From an uncultured Armatimonadetes bacterium (GTDB lineage Bacteria > Armatimonadota > UBA5829 > DTJY01): DNA of 64,000 bases. The translations under genes were made by a program, and so were the position numbers. The notes under the pieces are model-generated. The model ran no database searches. It was not told where the DNA came from and worked only from the letters and a program-made list of their open reading frames with translations. Positions 41,934 to 52,069 of this stretch are shown piece after piece; within the stretch, counting starts at the first letter, position 1; every line of letters begins with the position of its first letter. The stretch lies in the NCBI GenBank assembly GCA_963717145.1, contig OY970325.1, forward strand, positions 4,064,001 through 4,128,000. The letters run 5' to 3'.

Positions 41934-42988
41934 ACCAACTCCCATTCCCTCAGCCAATGGTAATCCGGCGGCAACTCCGCGAGCATTTCCTTCGCGGCTT
42001 CATCGAGCCGGGCCGTCTCCTTGAGATCGAGTTCACGGCGCTCCCGTATGGCGCGGACCGCGTTGTCCACCTGGTGAATGCTGATCAGGCCCGGCATCGG
42101 GGCGGTGATCGCGTCGTTGCTGAGGATGTATCGAAGTGCCAGCCGAGCCAGCTCATCATCACCCGCCGTGCTCGCACCTCCCGCACCCGCGCCGTCCTTG
42201 AAGAGCGATCCGCTGGAGAACGGCTTGATGCCCAGGATTCCGACCTTGTGCTTCCTGGCGGCATCGAAGAGACTGTCGGTCGGCTTCTCCCTGCTGGCGG
42301 CGGTGTACGGCGTGAGGACGACGCTGAACCGGCGGTACCGCTCGATCACGTGCTTGAGCCATTCCCTGCTGTGGGATGAGACGCCGAGGAACCGCGCCTT
42401 GCCCTGGACGTGCGCCCTGTTGAACGCCTCGACCATCTCCGCAATCTCGCGATCGGTGTTCTCTCCCTGCATGGCGGCGCTGATCCTCCACACATCCACG
42501 TATTCGAGCCCGGACTCCTTGAGCCCCTGGTCGAGCCCCTGGAGGAGCTTGTCTGCCGTGCGCCATTCCTCGAAGCGGGGTTCGCGCTCGTACCAGGAGT
42601 AGCCGAAGTACATCTTGTCCCGCCGTCCCTTGAGCGCCTTCGCGTAGGTGAGGATCTCGCCGCCCGAGCATGCGTCCACATAGTTGATGCCGACGTCGAT
42701 GCAGCGGCTGACTATGTCGTATCGGTTCTTGTCCAGTTCCTCGATGCCCGAGTTGTCGCGGTCCCAGCCCGAGCCGGCGATCAGGCGCTTCCAGTGGCCT
42801 CCGAGCGCGATCGCGGAGATCATCAGCCCGGTCCTACCGAGGGGCCGATACTCCATGTTCTCATTGTAGTTGAGCGGCTTGGGCTTCTCGGCAGCCCCGT
42901 ATGCCGTGCTGACTCCGGCCGCCACTCCTGCTGCGGTGAGAGTCGCATTGCGGATGAATTCGCGACGTGTGATGCGCTTGCCGTTCAT
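41930..42988 (-). CDS. Tat-signal aldo/keto reductase
   Basis: TRREFIR; RPLGRTG, GVSSH, IKPF. Confidence 0.85.
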   Translation of the reverse strand: MNGKRITRREFIRNATLTAAGVAAGVSTAYGAAEKPKPLNYNENMEYRPLGRTGLMISAIALGGHWKRLIAGSGWDRDNSGIEELDKNRYDIVSRCIDVGINYVDACSGGEILTYAKALKGRRDKMYFGYSWYEREPRFEEWRTADKLLQGLDQGLKESGLEYVDVWRISAAMQGENTDREIAEMVEAFNRAHVQGKARFLGVSSHSREWLKHVIERYRRFSVVLTPYTAASREKPTDSLFDAARKHKVGILGIKPFSSGSLFKDGAGAGGASTAGDDELARLALRYILSNDAITAPMPGLISIHQVDNAVRAIRERRELDLKETARLDEAAKEMLAELPPDYHWLREWELV

Positions 42989-43056
42989 AGACCACACCTT
43001 CCTGTCCTCGGTGACCTACTTCTATCTACCACGAGACTGCGCCAGAGTCCTGCAGG

Positions 43057-43818
43057 TCAGCCCTCGAACCGCCCGAAATGGACGCGAGTGTCGTACTCGA
43101 ACCGCACTTGGCCGTCGGTCTGGTATCGCTCGAAGATGCGCCTCAACTCAGACATCATCGGCTCGTGTCCGGGCTGACCCGACTCAGGCGCGTAGGACGA
43201 GGAGAGCAGCCGTCCCTTGAGCCCCTCGAAATCGAATGCCTGCTCATATTCGACGGTTCGGACCCGGAAGGTGCTCGGAGAGAAGAACTCCCCGATGACT
43301 CCAGCGTCGATGTCCCGATGGTCGGCCACCTTGTACTCCGGGGAGTGGGCCTCGAGCATCCGCTGGTAGGCGTCGAGGAACGGGAGACCTTTCCGGTGCT
43401 CGTTCCACATCAGGACGACCCATCCGCCGGGCTTGAGGATGCGGCGGAACTCCTGCTTCGTCCTCGCGCGGTCGAACCAGTGGAACGCCTGGCCCGCGAC
43501 CACCATCTCGACGGAGGCGTCGGGGAGCGTGGTGTCCTCCGCCGTGCCATCTATGCTGGTGAAGTCGGGATAGCCCGCGAGAAGGGACTCGGCGGCCTCG
43601 CGCATCGGCCCGTTCGGCTCGACGCCGAACGTCGGGTTGCCGTTTGCCAGGAACAGCTCGGTCGAGAATCCGGTCCCGGACCCGATGTCGGCGATCGTCC
43701 ACTCGGGCAGCAGCCCGCATTCCTCCCTCAGGATCTCGACGACCGCCTGCGGGTACCGTGGGCGATACTTCACGTAGTTCTCGACGCGGCTTGAGAATCG
43801 TTCGGTTGATTCCAGCAT
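43057..43818 (-). CDS. Class I SAM-dependent methyltransferase
   Basis: DIGSGTG, VEPN, QAFHWF, LKPGG. Confidence 0.92.
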   Translation of the reverse strand: MLESTERFSSRVENYVKYRPRYPQAVVEILREECGLLPEWTIADIGSGTGFSTELFLANGNPTFGVEPNGPMREAAESLLAGYPDFTSIDGTAEDTTLPDASVEMVVAGQAFHWFDRARTKQEFRRILKPGGWVVLMWNEHRKGLPFLDAYQRMLEAHSPEYKVADHRDIDAGVIGEFFSPSTFRVRTVEYEQAFDFEGLKGRLLSSSYAPESGQPGHEPMMSELRRIFERYQTDGQVRFEYDTRVHFGRFEG

Positions 43819-43821
43819 CCG

Positions 43822-44229
43822 TTACTCCAGCCCATCCTGCGAGCGGGAGGCGGCTTCCTGCTTCATCCTGCGGGCGATGCTACGTCCACCGAGTATGTAG
43901 CAAACGACCCCAGCCGCCAGGAGTAGGGGAAAGATCGACCACCAGGGCAGCAGGTCAAGGATGGTGGGCAACACGGCCAGGCCCAGCGCCCATCCGGAAT
44001 TCCGCAAGACCGGGGCATAAGCGGCTTCGTCGGCAGGCGACTCCCGCCTCTTCAGAATCGTGAGTCCTGTGAAGATCATGAAGAACCCGATGCAGCGAAC
44101 GGCTGTCTCCTGCCACGATGGCAGATGGTCCAGCCAATCGTCAAACCGTATGCCGATCACGAGCGGCATCATCCACAGCATGTGGGGCCATATATCGTGC
44201 CAGGTGATCTTGAAACCATTCCGTGACAT
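43822..44229 (-). CDS. Membrane protein, hypothetical
   Basis: ~4 hydrophobic segments; GGAGG RBS. Confidence 0.65.
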   Translation of the reverse strand: MSRNGFKITWHDIWPHMLWMMPLVIGIRFDDWLDHLPSWQETAVRCIGFFMIFTGLTILKRRESPADEAAYAPVLRNSGWALGLAVLPTILDLLPWWSIFPLLLAAGVVCYILGGRSIARRMKQEAASRSQDGLE

Positions 44230-44274
44230 ATCGCTACCTCCAGAACGCGCAACTCCGGCAGGAGGCCTCGCCAT

Positions 44275-44646
44275 CTATGGTGAAGCCGAACTCCTGCGAC
44301 GGAACGGGTTCACCATGATCATCATGGCAAGGGTCACAACAGGGAATGAGAGCCAAGCCCATATCGGCCACACGCTCCTATGGTGGATCACGACGTACCA
44401 CGTACCTGCGAGGATCAACATAGGAATGATCGCCCAGGGGCTCTCTTCCGTGCCTCCCTTGCGCACAAAGGCCAGACTGAACCCCATAGCAACGATCACC
44501 ACGCCAGACAGCACGGCTGCCTGGTAGTACCAAAGCACCTCATCCAGTCTCTCGGACAGTTCTCTTGGAGCTGCCAGGGCAAAGAGAGATACGATGGTGT
44601 AGAGCAGAAAACTCGCGACACTACGTGCTTTCTCAGGCAGCTTCAT
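44275..44646 (-). CDS. Membrane protein, hypothetical
   Basis: ~4 hydrophobic segments; GGGAGG RBS. Confidence 0.65.
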   Translation of the reverse strand: MKLPEKARSVASFLLYTIVSLFALAAPRELSERLDEVLWYYQAAVLSGVVIVAMGFSLAFVRKGGTEESPWAIIPMLILAGTWYVVIHHRSVWPIWAWLSFPVVTLAMMIMVNPFRRRSSASP

Positions 44647-44736
44647 GCTCAGCCTCCCTCGTCCGGGTCCGGGCGCTCGGACTATATGGACATAATAGCC
44701 CACATTGCATCGATGCACAAGGGTTCATGCGATGCG

Positions 44737-46169
44737 GGGTGGAATTCCTCAGAGTGGGTAGAGCACGGCTCAGGCGGCACGTGCTGCGTGCTCGATCCGA
44801 GCCAGTTCGCCGCTTAGGAGGGCAGTTCTCACCGCGAGCACTGCATCTGCGCCGTCCTTCGTCCATCGCATCCCGGCTTGCTTTAACCTCTGGCCTACTA
44901 TCACCTTGCACGCCGCTTCCACCGGACCGCTGCCTATCATCATCCCCTTGGCCCTGTATGCCGGGTAGTTCATGTACTTGCGGTACTTTCTGAAGTAGCC
45001 TGTCTCGATCCGAAGCGCTTCCCTCTCAGAATCGTTTCGTGCTCTGCGCCGCTTCATGGCTCTAAGCAGACTCCCCGGCCCCTTCTCTTTAAGCTTCCGG
45101 CAGTGTTCGTTTGCCCAGCGCTTCCCTTTGGGATTCCCCTCTCCGTAGAGTGTCCGCGCCAAGCCGTATATGTGCTCACAGGCATGCCAGTAGTCGATGA
45201 TCTTGATGCTCTCCGGCAGATGATTCCTGACCTCTCTCCATATCCAGTCTGCGCCGTCGGCGATCACTATACGCTCTTTTGCCCCGTCATAGCCGGCTTG
45301 CAGTGCTCTGGTGTATACCCGTCTCCCGAACTCGTCGCTCGTCTCTTGCGCCGCTATGTAGCGCGAGTTGGTGACGGTATCCGTGTCTTTGCCTGCAGCC
45401 GGAACGCCTTCGTATACCACCATGGTCTTGATGTCATGCCACTGGCCATCGGTGTGCGCTTTGGCCGCGTCTATGCCAATGTAGAGCCTCTGTGGCGTCG
45501 CCTCGCAGGAGACCTCTTCACCTGTGTCTACCACAGAGATGATCGCTTCCTGCTCCTCTCGGCGGAGGCATTCCCCAACATCCCGGACTATCTCTTCTTC
45601 GCTGCTCTCTTCGATCGCAATACCCGTGGTTCGCTCGATCAGCCTTGCGGCTGCTTCATATGGAAGCGCGGCGCAGATCGAGGCGGTGAGTTCCTTCACT
45701 CTGGCGGTCCATACTCTCTCGGACAGCCCCTGCTCGCGGTCCCATGGAATGTAGCCCCGCCTGCAATGGTCGCAACGGTAGTATGACCTCTCGACCTCTA
45801 TGTCTCCGTGCAAAGTCCGAATGAAGCGTTTCCGGTATCCCTTGAACCTGGCCAGTCTGCCGCATTCGCATTCTATCCCAACACCCTTGTAGGTGGGCTT
45901 TCCGCTCATCTTGGCGGCAACCTCACTCATCATTGCGCCGGCAATCTGACGCGCCAGGATCTGAATACGCTCCTCGGCTGACCCTAAGTCCGTGCAATCG
46001 ATGTAGCTGCGCGCAAAGTCGCGAGCGGCCTGAAGGAGGGAGTCTGTGTGCAAAAGTGTAAGCATTCTCTGGGAGTCTCCTTTCGGAATGTTTGTCCTTC
46101 AACAAACCGTTACCGACTATTACAGGAGACTCCTTCCTTACTTGCTACCCACTCAACGCGAATGCACCC
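44737..46169 (-). mobile_element. ISKra4 family insertion sequence
   Basis: Imperfect terminal inverted repeats GGGTG...GAGTGGGTAG; 9-bp target duplication TGCGATGCG (44728-44736, 46170-46178). Confidence 0.88.
44770..46065 (-). CDS. ISKra4 family transposase
   Basis: DGADWIW, DYWHACEH, GSGPVEAACK, RLKQAGMRW. Confidence 0.9.
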   Translation of the reverse strand: MLTLLHTDSLLQAARDFARSYIDCTDLGSAEERIQILARQIAGAMMSEVAAKMSGKPTYKGVGIECECGRLARFKGYRKRFIRTLHGDIEVERSYYRCDHCRRGYIPWDREQGLSERVWTARVKELTASICAALPYEAAARLIERTTGIAIEESSEEEIVRDVGECLRREEQEAIISVVDTGEEVSCEATPQRLYIGIDAAKAHTDGQWHDIKTMVVYEGVPAAGKDTDTVTNSRYIAAQETSDEFGRRVYTRALQAGYDGAKERIVIADGADWIWREVRNHLPESIKIIDYWHACEHIYGLARTLYGEGNPKGKRWANEHCRKLKEKGPGSLLRAMKRRRARNDSEREALRIETGYFRKYRKYMNYPAYRAKGMMIGSGPVEAACKVIVGQRLKQAGMRWTKDGADAVLAVRTALLSGELARIEHAARAA

Positions 46170-46442
46170 TGCGATGCGTTTGCGGCGGAAGGGGCTGACA
46201 AAGCACATTCTATGGTACAATGTCATCGAGAATGGCCTGGTTCCCGAACTGTCACCGTGAGGTGCGCGTGTCCGCCGTTGGCGGAATAGGGGCCGGGCCG
46301 AACCTTTCCGGGGGGCCGGCTTCAGGCATGAGGCCGGCCTTATTCATTTTCTACCCGGTTTTTGACCGCCTGGCTGGTGCAATGCTATAATCCCCCCGGA
46401 CCGCCCGCTGGTTGAAACTGCGGATCCGGGTAAGAGAACGCT

Positions 46443-47459
46443 ATGGACAAGCTGAGAATCGCCATGATCGGAGCGGGTGACTGCGCATCGGCCGCGCACA
46501 TGCCGTCGTTCGCCGGGAACCCGAAGGTGGAGGTCGTCGCAATCGCGGACCCGGATGCCCAAGCCGCGCAGTCCCTCGCCGAGAGATTCTCTATCGACAG
46601 GGCGGTGGGTGACTACCACGAGTTGCTCCAGGACGGATCGATCTCGGCCGTTGACATCTGCGCGCCGCACGACCTGCATCACCCGATCACGATGGACGCC
46701 CTGAACGCCGGGAAGCATGTCATCCTCGACAAGCCGATCGCCATGAACCTCGAGGAGGCCGACGCCATGATCTCGGCGGCTCGGGATGCCGGGCTGAAGC
46801 TGCTCGTCGTGCTGAACCAGCGGTTCCTCCCGGCGCATCGGAAGATCAGGGAGATGATCGAGGGCGGCCACATGGGGAAGCCGTTCCTCATGAACGCGAT
46901 CCTCGCCGGCGACGTGCTCGCGCGCATGAACGATCCGCACGATTGGAAGGGCGCATCGGACCGATCGGGCGGCGCGTTCTTCGACACCGGCACTCATATC
47001 GTCGACTTGATGCACTACTGGTTCGGGCCGCCGACCGCCGTGAGCGCGACCCTCAGGCGGTTGGTCGTGACCCCGGACAACAAGGGCGACGACAACGCGG
47101 CCGTGACGTTCGAATATGACGGTATGATCGCGAACGTGATCGTCTCGTACACGATGAACAACGAGCCGTGGAGCGAAAAGAAGTTCATCTACGGCACGGG
47201 CGGCGACATCGCGATGATCAGCGAGGCCGTCGTGCCGATGTTCTACGTCCACGACAACGTGCCGGAGATGGTCGATGTCGAGCATCGAGACGACTGGTGG
47301 AGCTGGTCGATCGACCTCGCGCTCGGGCATTTCGTGGACTGCATACTGGAGGGCGCCGAGCCGCTCGTCACCGCCGAGGACGCCCGCGCCGCCCTGAAGT
47401 CGATCCTGGCGGCATATCGGAGCGCCGGAGAAGGACGACGGGAGATGGTTAATGGCTGA
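46443..47459 (+). CDS. Gfo/Idh/MocA family oxidoreductase
   Basis: IGAG, DKP, GGAFFDTGTH; TTGACC-18-TATAAT upstream (46362-46391). Confidence 0.9.
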   Translation: MDKLRIAMIGAGDCASAAHMPSFAGNPKVEVVAIADPDAQAAQSLAERFSIDRAVGDYHELLQDGSISAVDICAPHDLHHPITMDALNAGKHVILDKPIAMNLEEADAMISAARDAGLKLLVVLNQRFLPAHRKIREMIEGGHMGKPFLMNAILAGDVLARMNDPHDWKGASDRSGGAFFDTGTHIVDLMHYWFGPPTAVSATLRRLVVTPDNKGDDNAAVTFEYDGMIANVIVSYTMNNEPWSEKKFIYGTGGDIAMISEAVVPMFYVHDNVPEMVDVEHRDDWWSWSIDLALGHFVDCILEGAEPLVTAEDARAALKSILAAYRSAGEGRREMVNG

Positions 47460-47523
47460 TGGTTAATGGTTAATGGCAGACGGACCTGCATCCCCCATCA
47501 ACCATTCCCCATTAACCATCAAC

Positions 47524-48595
47524 TGTCAAGTCCCACCACGTTGTGAACGGTAGTTCAGTAAGTCGGTAGGCTCTTTGATAAACAGATCTGGTCTTTGCGC
47601 GTACCAGTCGCAGACCTTCTCATAGGGTGTCTTGCCACCGATCGCGCTGTGCTGTCTCCTTAGATTGTAGATGGTCAGCCACTGGTGGAGTCCATCTATC
47701 AACTCCGGATATCCAGGATATCTGTGCATCTTGTACGTGCCCTCCTGGATCAGTCCGTTCATGCGTTCCACCAGACCGTTGGTCTTTGGTGTATACGGCC
47801 GGGTGAGCCTGTGTTCAATACCACAGGCTGAGCATACTTCATCAAAGAAGTGAGGTCTCTTCGCCGGACTGCCCCAACGGCTCCAATTGGCCAGAGTGAA
47901 CTCTCTACCGTTGTCTGTCAGGATCTTGTGGATCATGAACGGATAGAACCACATGCACAGTCCAAGGAAGCCCACTGCGGATTCCTTGGTTAGGTTGTCG
48001 TACACCTGGAGGAAGGCTAGCCTTGTTGCTCTGTCTACCGCAACGAAGCAATACTTCCTCTTGCCCCCGATCTTGGGCAGGTAGAAACAGTCTATGTGAA
48101 GGTATCCAGGCAGATACTCTTTGAACTTGCCTGGACTTTCTCTCTTTTCTTTTTGGTACTGGGGGAGTCTGCTCACCCCTTTTCTGCTCAGTAAGCGATG
48201 TATACTGGCGCGTTCTGCATTCGGCAGAACTGTGACTACTGCACGCACCAGTGCATCGAGTGCTAGACCTTTGTCCCGGAGCGAGAGGATGATCTCCTCC
48301 TCTTCGGGGCTGAATGCATAATGGATCTTCCTGGGCCGACTGCTGCGGTCTTGCTGGTCACCCCGGGCCTTCCATTTGCAGACTGTTGCCGGCGATACAT
48401 GGCAGATATCTGCGAGCTTTCTGCAGCTCTTGGGACTCTGCCTGAAAAACCGCCGTTGCTTCATATTGCTGGTTGCGTTAGAATGGATCTGCATGCGAGT
48501 GGTCTCCTTTTTTGGTTTGGCGATCATCAAAGAGACTACCGCATGCACCTCCTTCTTTTCAACCCACGGTGTTCATAATGTCATGAGACTGGACA
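47524..48595 (-). mobile_element. IS481 family insertion sequence
   Basis: TGT...ACA ends, 25-bp imperfect terminal inverted repeat, 6-bp target duplication ATCAAC. Confidence 0.88.
47526..48494 (-). CDS. IS481 family transposase
   Basis: HTH, PGYLHID, TDNGREF, PKTNGLVERMN. Confidence 0.9.
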   Translation of the reverse strand: MQIHSNATSNMKQRRFFRQSPKSCRKLADICHVSPATVCKWKARGDQQDRSSRPRKIHYAFSPEEEEIILSLRDKGLALDALVRAVVTVLPNAERASIHRLLSRKGVSRLPQYQKEKRESPGKFKEYLPGYLHIDCFYLPKIGGKRKYCFVAVDRATRLAFLQVYDNLTKESAVGFLGLCMWFYPFMIHKILTDNGREFTLANWSRWGSPAKRPHFFDEVCSACGIEHRLTRPYTPKTNGLVERMNGLIQEGTYKMHRYPGYPELIDGLHQWLTIYNLRRQHSAIGGKTPYEKVCDWYAQRPDLFIKEPTDLLNYRSQRGGT

Positions 48596-48634
48596 ATCAA
48601 CCATCGACCATTAACCATTCTGCAAGGAGACACC

Positions 48635-49270
48635 ATGGACTATCTATCCGCAATCGCCGATGACATCCGCGCTGAGCTGGATGCAAAGAACGCCGCGCGC
48701 GACAAGGCGCTGGTCACATCCCGTGAAGCGATCCGATTCTGCGCCAATTCGATCCGCGCCGTACACCGGGCCGAGTGGGATGAGGCCGCCGAACGGCTCA
48801 ACGAGGCGAAGGTGCGCGTGCTGGCAACCGCCGAGGAGCTGAAGGATTTCCCCGACCTGTACTACGCGGGCTACGTTCAGGACGCCCAGAAGGAGTACAC
48901 CGAGGCATCGACCGTCAACGCGATCATGCACAATCAGCCGGTCCCGAGCCACAAGGACATCGGCGTGGAGTCAGCGCCGTACATGAACGGCCTGGCTGAG
49001 GCGGCGAGCGAGCTGAGGCGTGACGTGCTCGACCTGATCCGGGGCGGCAACATCGGACGCGCCGAGGAGATCCTGAAAGCGATGGACGACCTCTACTACA
49101 TGCTGGTGACGTTCGACTACCCGGACGGGATCACCGGCGGTCTGAGGCGCACTCTCGATCAGGCGCGCGCGGTCCTCGAGCGCACCCGCGGCGACCTCAC
49201 GGTCACGATCCGCCAGCGGGAACTCGAACTCGCGCTCAACAAGGCGATCGAGGTCTTCGAGAAGGGCTAG
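48635..49270 (+). CDS. Translin/TRAX family protein
   Basis: SREAIR..IRAVHR, KEYTEA, YMNGLAEAASELRR, LRRTLD. Confidence 0.8.
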   Translation: MDYLSAIADDIRAELDAKNAARDKALVTSREAIRFCANSIRAVHRAEWDEAAERLNEAKVRVLATAEELKDFPDLYYAGYVQDAQKEYTEASTVNAIMHNQPVPSHKDIGVESAPYMNGLAEAASELRRDVLDLIRGGNIGRAEEILKAMDDLYYMLVTFDYPDGITGGLRRTLDQARAVLERTRGDLTVTIRQRELELALNKAIEVFEKG

Positions 49271-49294
49271 TGGGCAGTGGGGTTGTCGGAGAAG

Positions 49295-50401
49295 CTATGC
49301 CCTATCATTGCGGATGAACTCGCGATAATGAGCCGCCAGCCAGTAAGCGCGTCCACGCCTGGACGGGTCGGCAATGAGCAGCCATCCGTCGTTGACCCAC
49401 TGCTGCATCAGGACTCTCGCCATCCGGTCCGAGAGCCCTAGAGCTGACGCCACATCGGAGGCTCTGATCACTTCCCGGTCGGCAAACAGCGCCACGACGA
49501 TCCGCGCCCGGTGGTCCAGTCGCCGAAGTTCCTCCGGCTCCGTGGATATGCCTTGACCGGCATACCGCAGGGCTTCCTCCTTCGCAGCCGCGAATACCAT
49601 CGAGAGCGTACTTACGAAGTAGTCCAGCCAGCCTGTGAGATCGGCTTCCGAGCGGCCCATGTAGTAGTTGTGATGCTCGCCGACATCGAGCGCCGAGTAG
49701 TACGCACCCAGATCACGCGCATGGTACTCCTCGAGGCTGAACAACCCGTTCAGGCCGTAGCCTCCCCTGTGGAGTATCAGTGTAGCCAGCAGGCGGGAGG
49801 TTCGCCCGTTGCCGTCGTAATACGGGTGAATGGTAACGAACTGATAGTGAGCCAATCCAGCCAGGATCACGGCCGGCGTCTGCTCCTTCTCGGCTCTGTT
49901 GATCCACTCGGCGAGCTGACTCATCAGGGCAGGCACGTCGTCGGCTTCGGGCGGCATGTAGACGAGTCGCCCGGAGACGGAATCCCGGATGGCATTCTGG
50001 CCGTCTCGGTATGGAAGTGGTTTCGACCGAGGGCCGTTCGTCACGATTGCATGAATCCGCCTGATCGTGTCTTCCGTCACTGGCTTCCCTCTGGCGGCCC
50101 AGTCCTCAACTCGGACGAGCGCATTCCAGTAGTTCCGCACCTCGGCGACGTCTCGCTCCCGTCCTTGGAAGTCCCGACGCCTCTGGGATACTACCTGCTC
50201 AGCCTCCTGGAGGGTGAGTCTGTTGCCCTCGATCATGGTCGAGTAGTGAGTTGACCGCAGCCTTGCCCGTCTCGACAGGTCGGCTGCCACGACCGGTGGC
50301 AGGGGCGTGGACTCGACCACGACACGCGCAGCCTCGACATCCATAAGATTCCGAGCGATTGTCGATGTGATCGTGTACCTGGGTTGCCAGATGGGTCTCA
50401 T
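49295..50401 (-). CDS. Fic family protein with auto-inhibitory helix and C-terminal HTH
   Basis: STMIEGN, HPYYDGNGRTSR. Confidence 0.9.
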   Translation of the reverse strand: MRPIWQPRYTITSTIARNLMDVEAARVVVESTPLPPVVAADLSRRARLRSTHYSTMIEGNRLTLQEAEQVVSQRRRDFQGRERDVAEVRNYWNALVRVEDWAARGKPVTEDTIRRIHAIVTNGPRSKPLPYRDGQNAIRDSVSGRLVYMPPEADDVPALMSQLAEWINRAEKEQTPAVILAGLAHYQFVTIHPYYDGNGRTSRLLATLILHRGGYGLNGLFSLEEYHARDLGAYYSALDVGEHHNYYMGRSEADLTGWLDYFVSTLSMVFAAAKEEALRYAGQGISTEPEELRRLDHRARIVVALFADREVIRASDVASALGLSDRMARVLMQQWVNDGWLLIADPSRRGRAYWLAAHYREFIRNDRA

Positions 50402-50534
50402 GGGAACGACTCCATTGCCGATAACGTCACCACGCATTGCCGATAAACTGCCGATAAATCATACCACATTCCGCAACAGATTCCCATTTCCGATGCGTCA
50501 GCGGTCTCGATCGACCGGCTCTACTACGTTCCCG

Positions 50535-51215
50535 TTACTCGCCCGGCAGGCTGCGGCCCATGCTTGTCAGTGCGGTCTTGCAGACTCGTTTGACCTGTTC
50601 TGAGTCGTACTTCGTCGCATGGACGGAGTGGTATTCACGTCGAACGTGCAGTTTCCCGTACTGGGCCGTGCAGTACTGCTCGTAAGAGACGAGTTCGTAC
50701 GCGTGGGCGTAGTCGTCTGCCGCCTCATCCGTGCGGTCCAGTTTGCGGAGGGCTTTCGCTCGGTAGTAGAACAAGAGCACGGCATCCCGGTCGTGACGCT
50801 GCAGTTGGTAGAGTGCTTCAGAGGTCGGAGCTTTGGGGCCTTCGTCTGTTTTCCACGGAACGCGTCCGATAGCGATGTCCGGATTCTCCCAGGGATAGCC
50901 GCGGATGTTGATTCCCTTGCCGGTTCCAATCCACGGATCGGTGGCCACCTCGAGTGGATGATTCACCGCTATGCTGTCGAAGCAATCCACGCCCTCCAAA
51001 GCATCGAGCATTTCACCGCACTGCGACACTGCGGACTCATACTTGCCGGCGCTGATGTCGGCCGTTATCGTCGAAATGGTGGCGGGCTTGGACGGCTCTG
51101 GTGCAGGCTTGTTCACCTGGCTGGATGTTGATGAAGGCGTTCCGACCGGTTTTGAACAGCCGACAAATACAAGCGAGAACACGACCAACACAACCCATAA
51201 GCACGATCTGATCAT
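50535..51215 (-). CDS. Lipoprotein with TPR-like helices
   Basis: Lipobox FVGC; YYRAKAL..EAADDY. Confidence 0.65.
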   Translation of the reverse strand: MIRSCLWVVLVVFSLVFVGCSKPVGTPSSTSSQVNKPAPEPSKPATISTITADISAGKYESAVSQCGEMLDALEGVDCFDSIAVNHPLEVATDPWIGTGKGINIRGYPWENPDIAIGRVPWKTDEGPKAPTSEALYQLQRHDRDAVLLFYYRAKALRKLDRTDEAADDYAHAYELVSYEQYCTAQYGKLHVRREYHSVHATKYDSEQVKRVCKTALTSMGRSLPGE

Positions 51216-51226
51216 GTGCAACCTTC

Positions 51227-52069
51227 CTATCCTTTCACATGGCTATGGAGTCCGGGGAGGAAGAAGGTGACCCCTATGTAGGTGATCAGCACGCAGAGGA
51301 ATCCGATCGCGAGCAGGCGGTTCGACCACTTCCCGCGCCAGCCCTGGACCATACGCACGTGCAGGTATGCCGCATAGACGAGCCACGTGATCAGCGACGC
51401 GGTCTCCTTCGGGTCCCATTCCCAATACTTCCCCCACGCCGTCTGTGCCCAGAGCGCGCCCGTGATGATCCCCAGCGTGAGCATCGGGAACCCGAACGCG
51501 ACCATCTTGTACGCCAGGCCGTCGAGCGAGTCGAGCGAGGGCAGATGCCGCTGCAAGACGGTGATCCGCTTGGCCTTCAGCATCTTCTCCTGGAGCATGT
51601 ACCCGAGCGCCGCGCCGAACGCCAGCGCGAAACTCGCGTATGCCGCCAGACTGCTGATGATGTGGATCGCGGCCCAGCGGTTTCCGAGCATCTGGCCGAG
51701 CAAGGCGTCGCCGGCGTTCAACTCCGGTGAGAGCGACAGGGAGACATAGAACCCGAGCGCGATCAACGCGAGCATGCTGGCGAAGACGCTCAGCGCGGTG
51801 TTCTCGGACCTGCGTTGCGCGGTGAGATAGATCGCGGTCAGTACCCACGCGACAAAGGTGAGCGATTCGACCATCGTCCCGAACGGCAGCCGATGCTGTT
51901 CGATCCCGTGTGCGACGATCGCCAGGGTGAGCAGACCGAGCCCCCCGATCCCTACCACAGTCGCCGCGCGCTTGACCCGGCCCGCCTTAGACGTGACACT
52001 CCCGACGTGCAGCACCACCGAGACCGCATACACTACGAGCGTGATCAGGAACAGCACGTGGCTATACAT
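51227..52069 (-). CDS. ccsA: Cytochrome c biogenesis protein CcsA/ResC family
   Basis: GALWAQTAWGKYWEWDPKE WWD motif, GLHS. Confidence 0.88.
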   Translation of the reverse strand: MYSHVLFLITLVVYAVSVVLHVGSVTSKAGRVKRAATVVGIGGLGLLTLAIVAHGIEQHRLPFGTMVESLTFVAWVLTAIYLTAQRRSENTALSVFASMLALIALGFYVSLSLSPELNAGDALLGQMLGNRWAAIHIISSLAAYASFALAFGAALGYMLQEKMLKAKRITVLQRHLPSLDSLDGLAYKMVAFGFPMLTLGIITGALWAQTAWGKYWEWDPKETASLITWLVYAAYLHVRMVQGWRGKWSNRLLAIGFLCVLITYIGVTFFLPGLHSHVKG

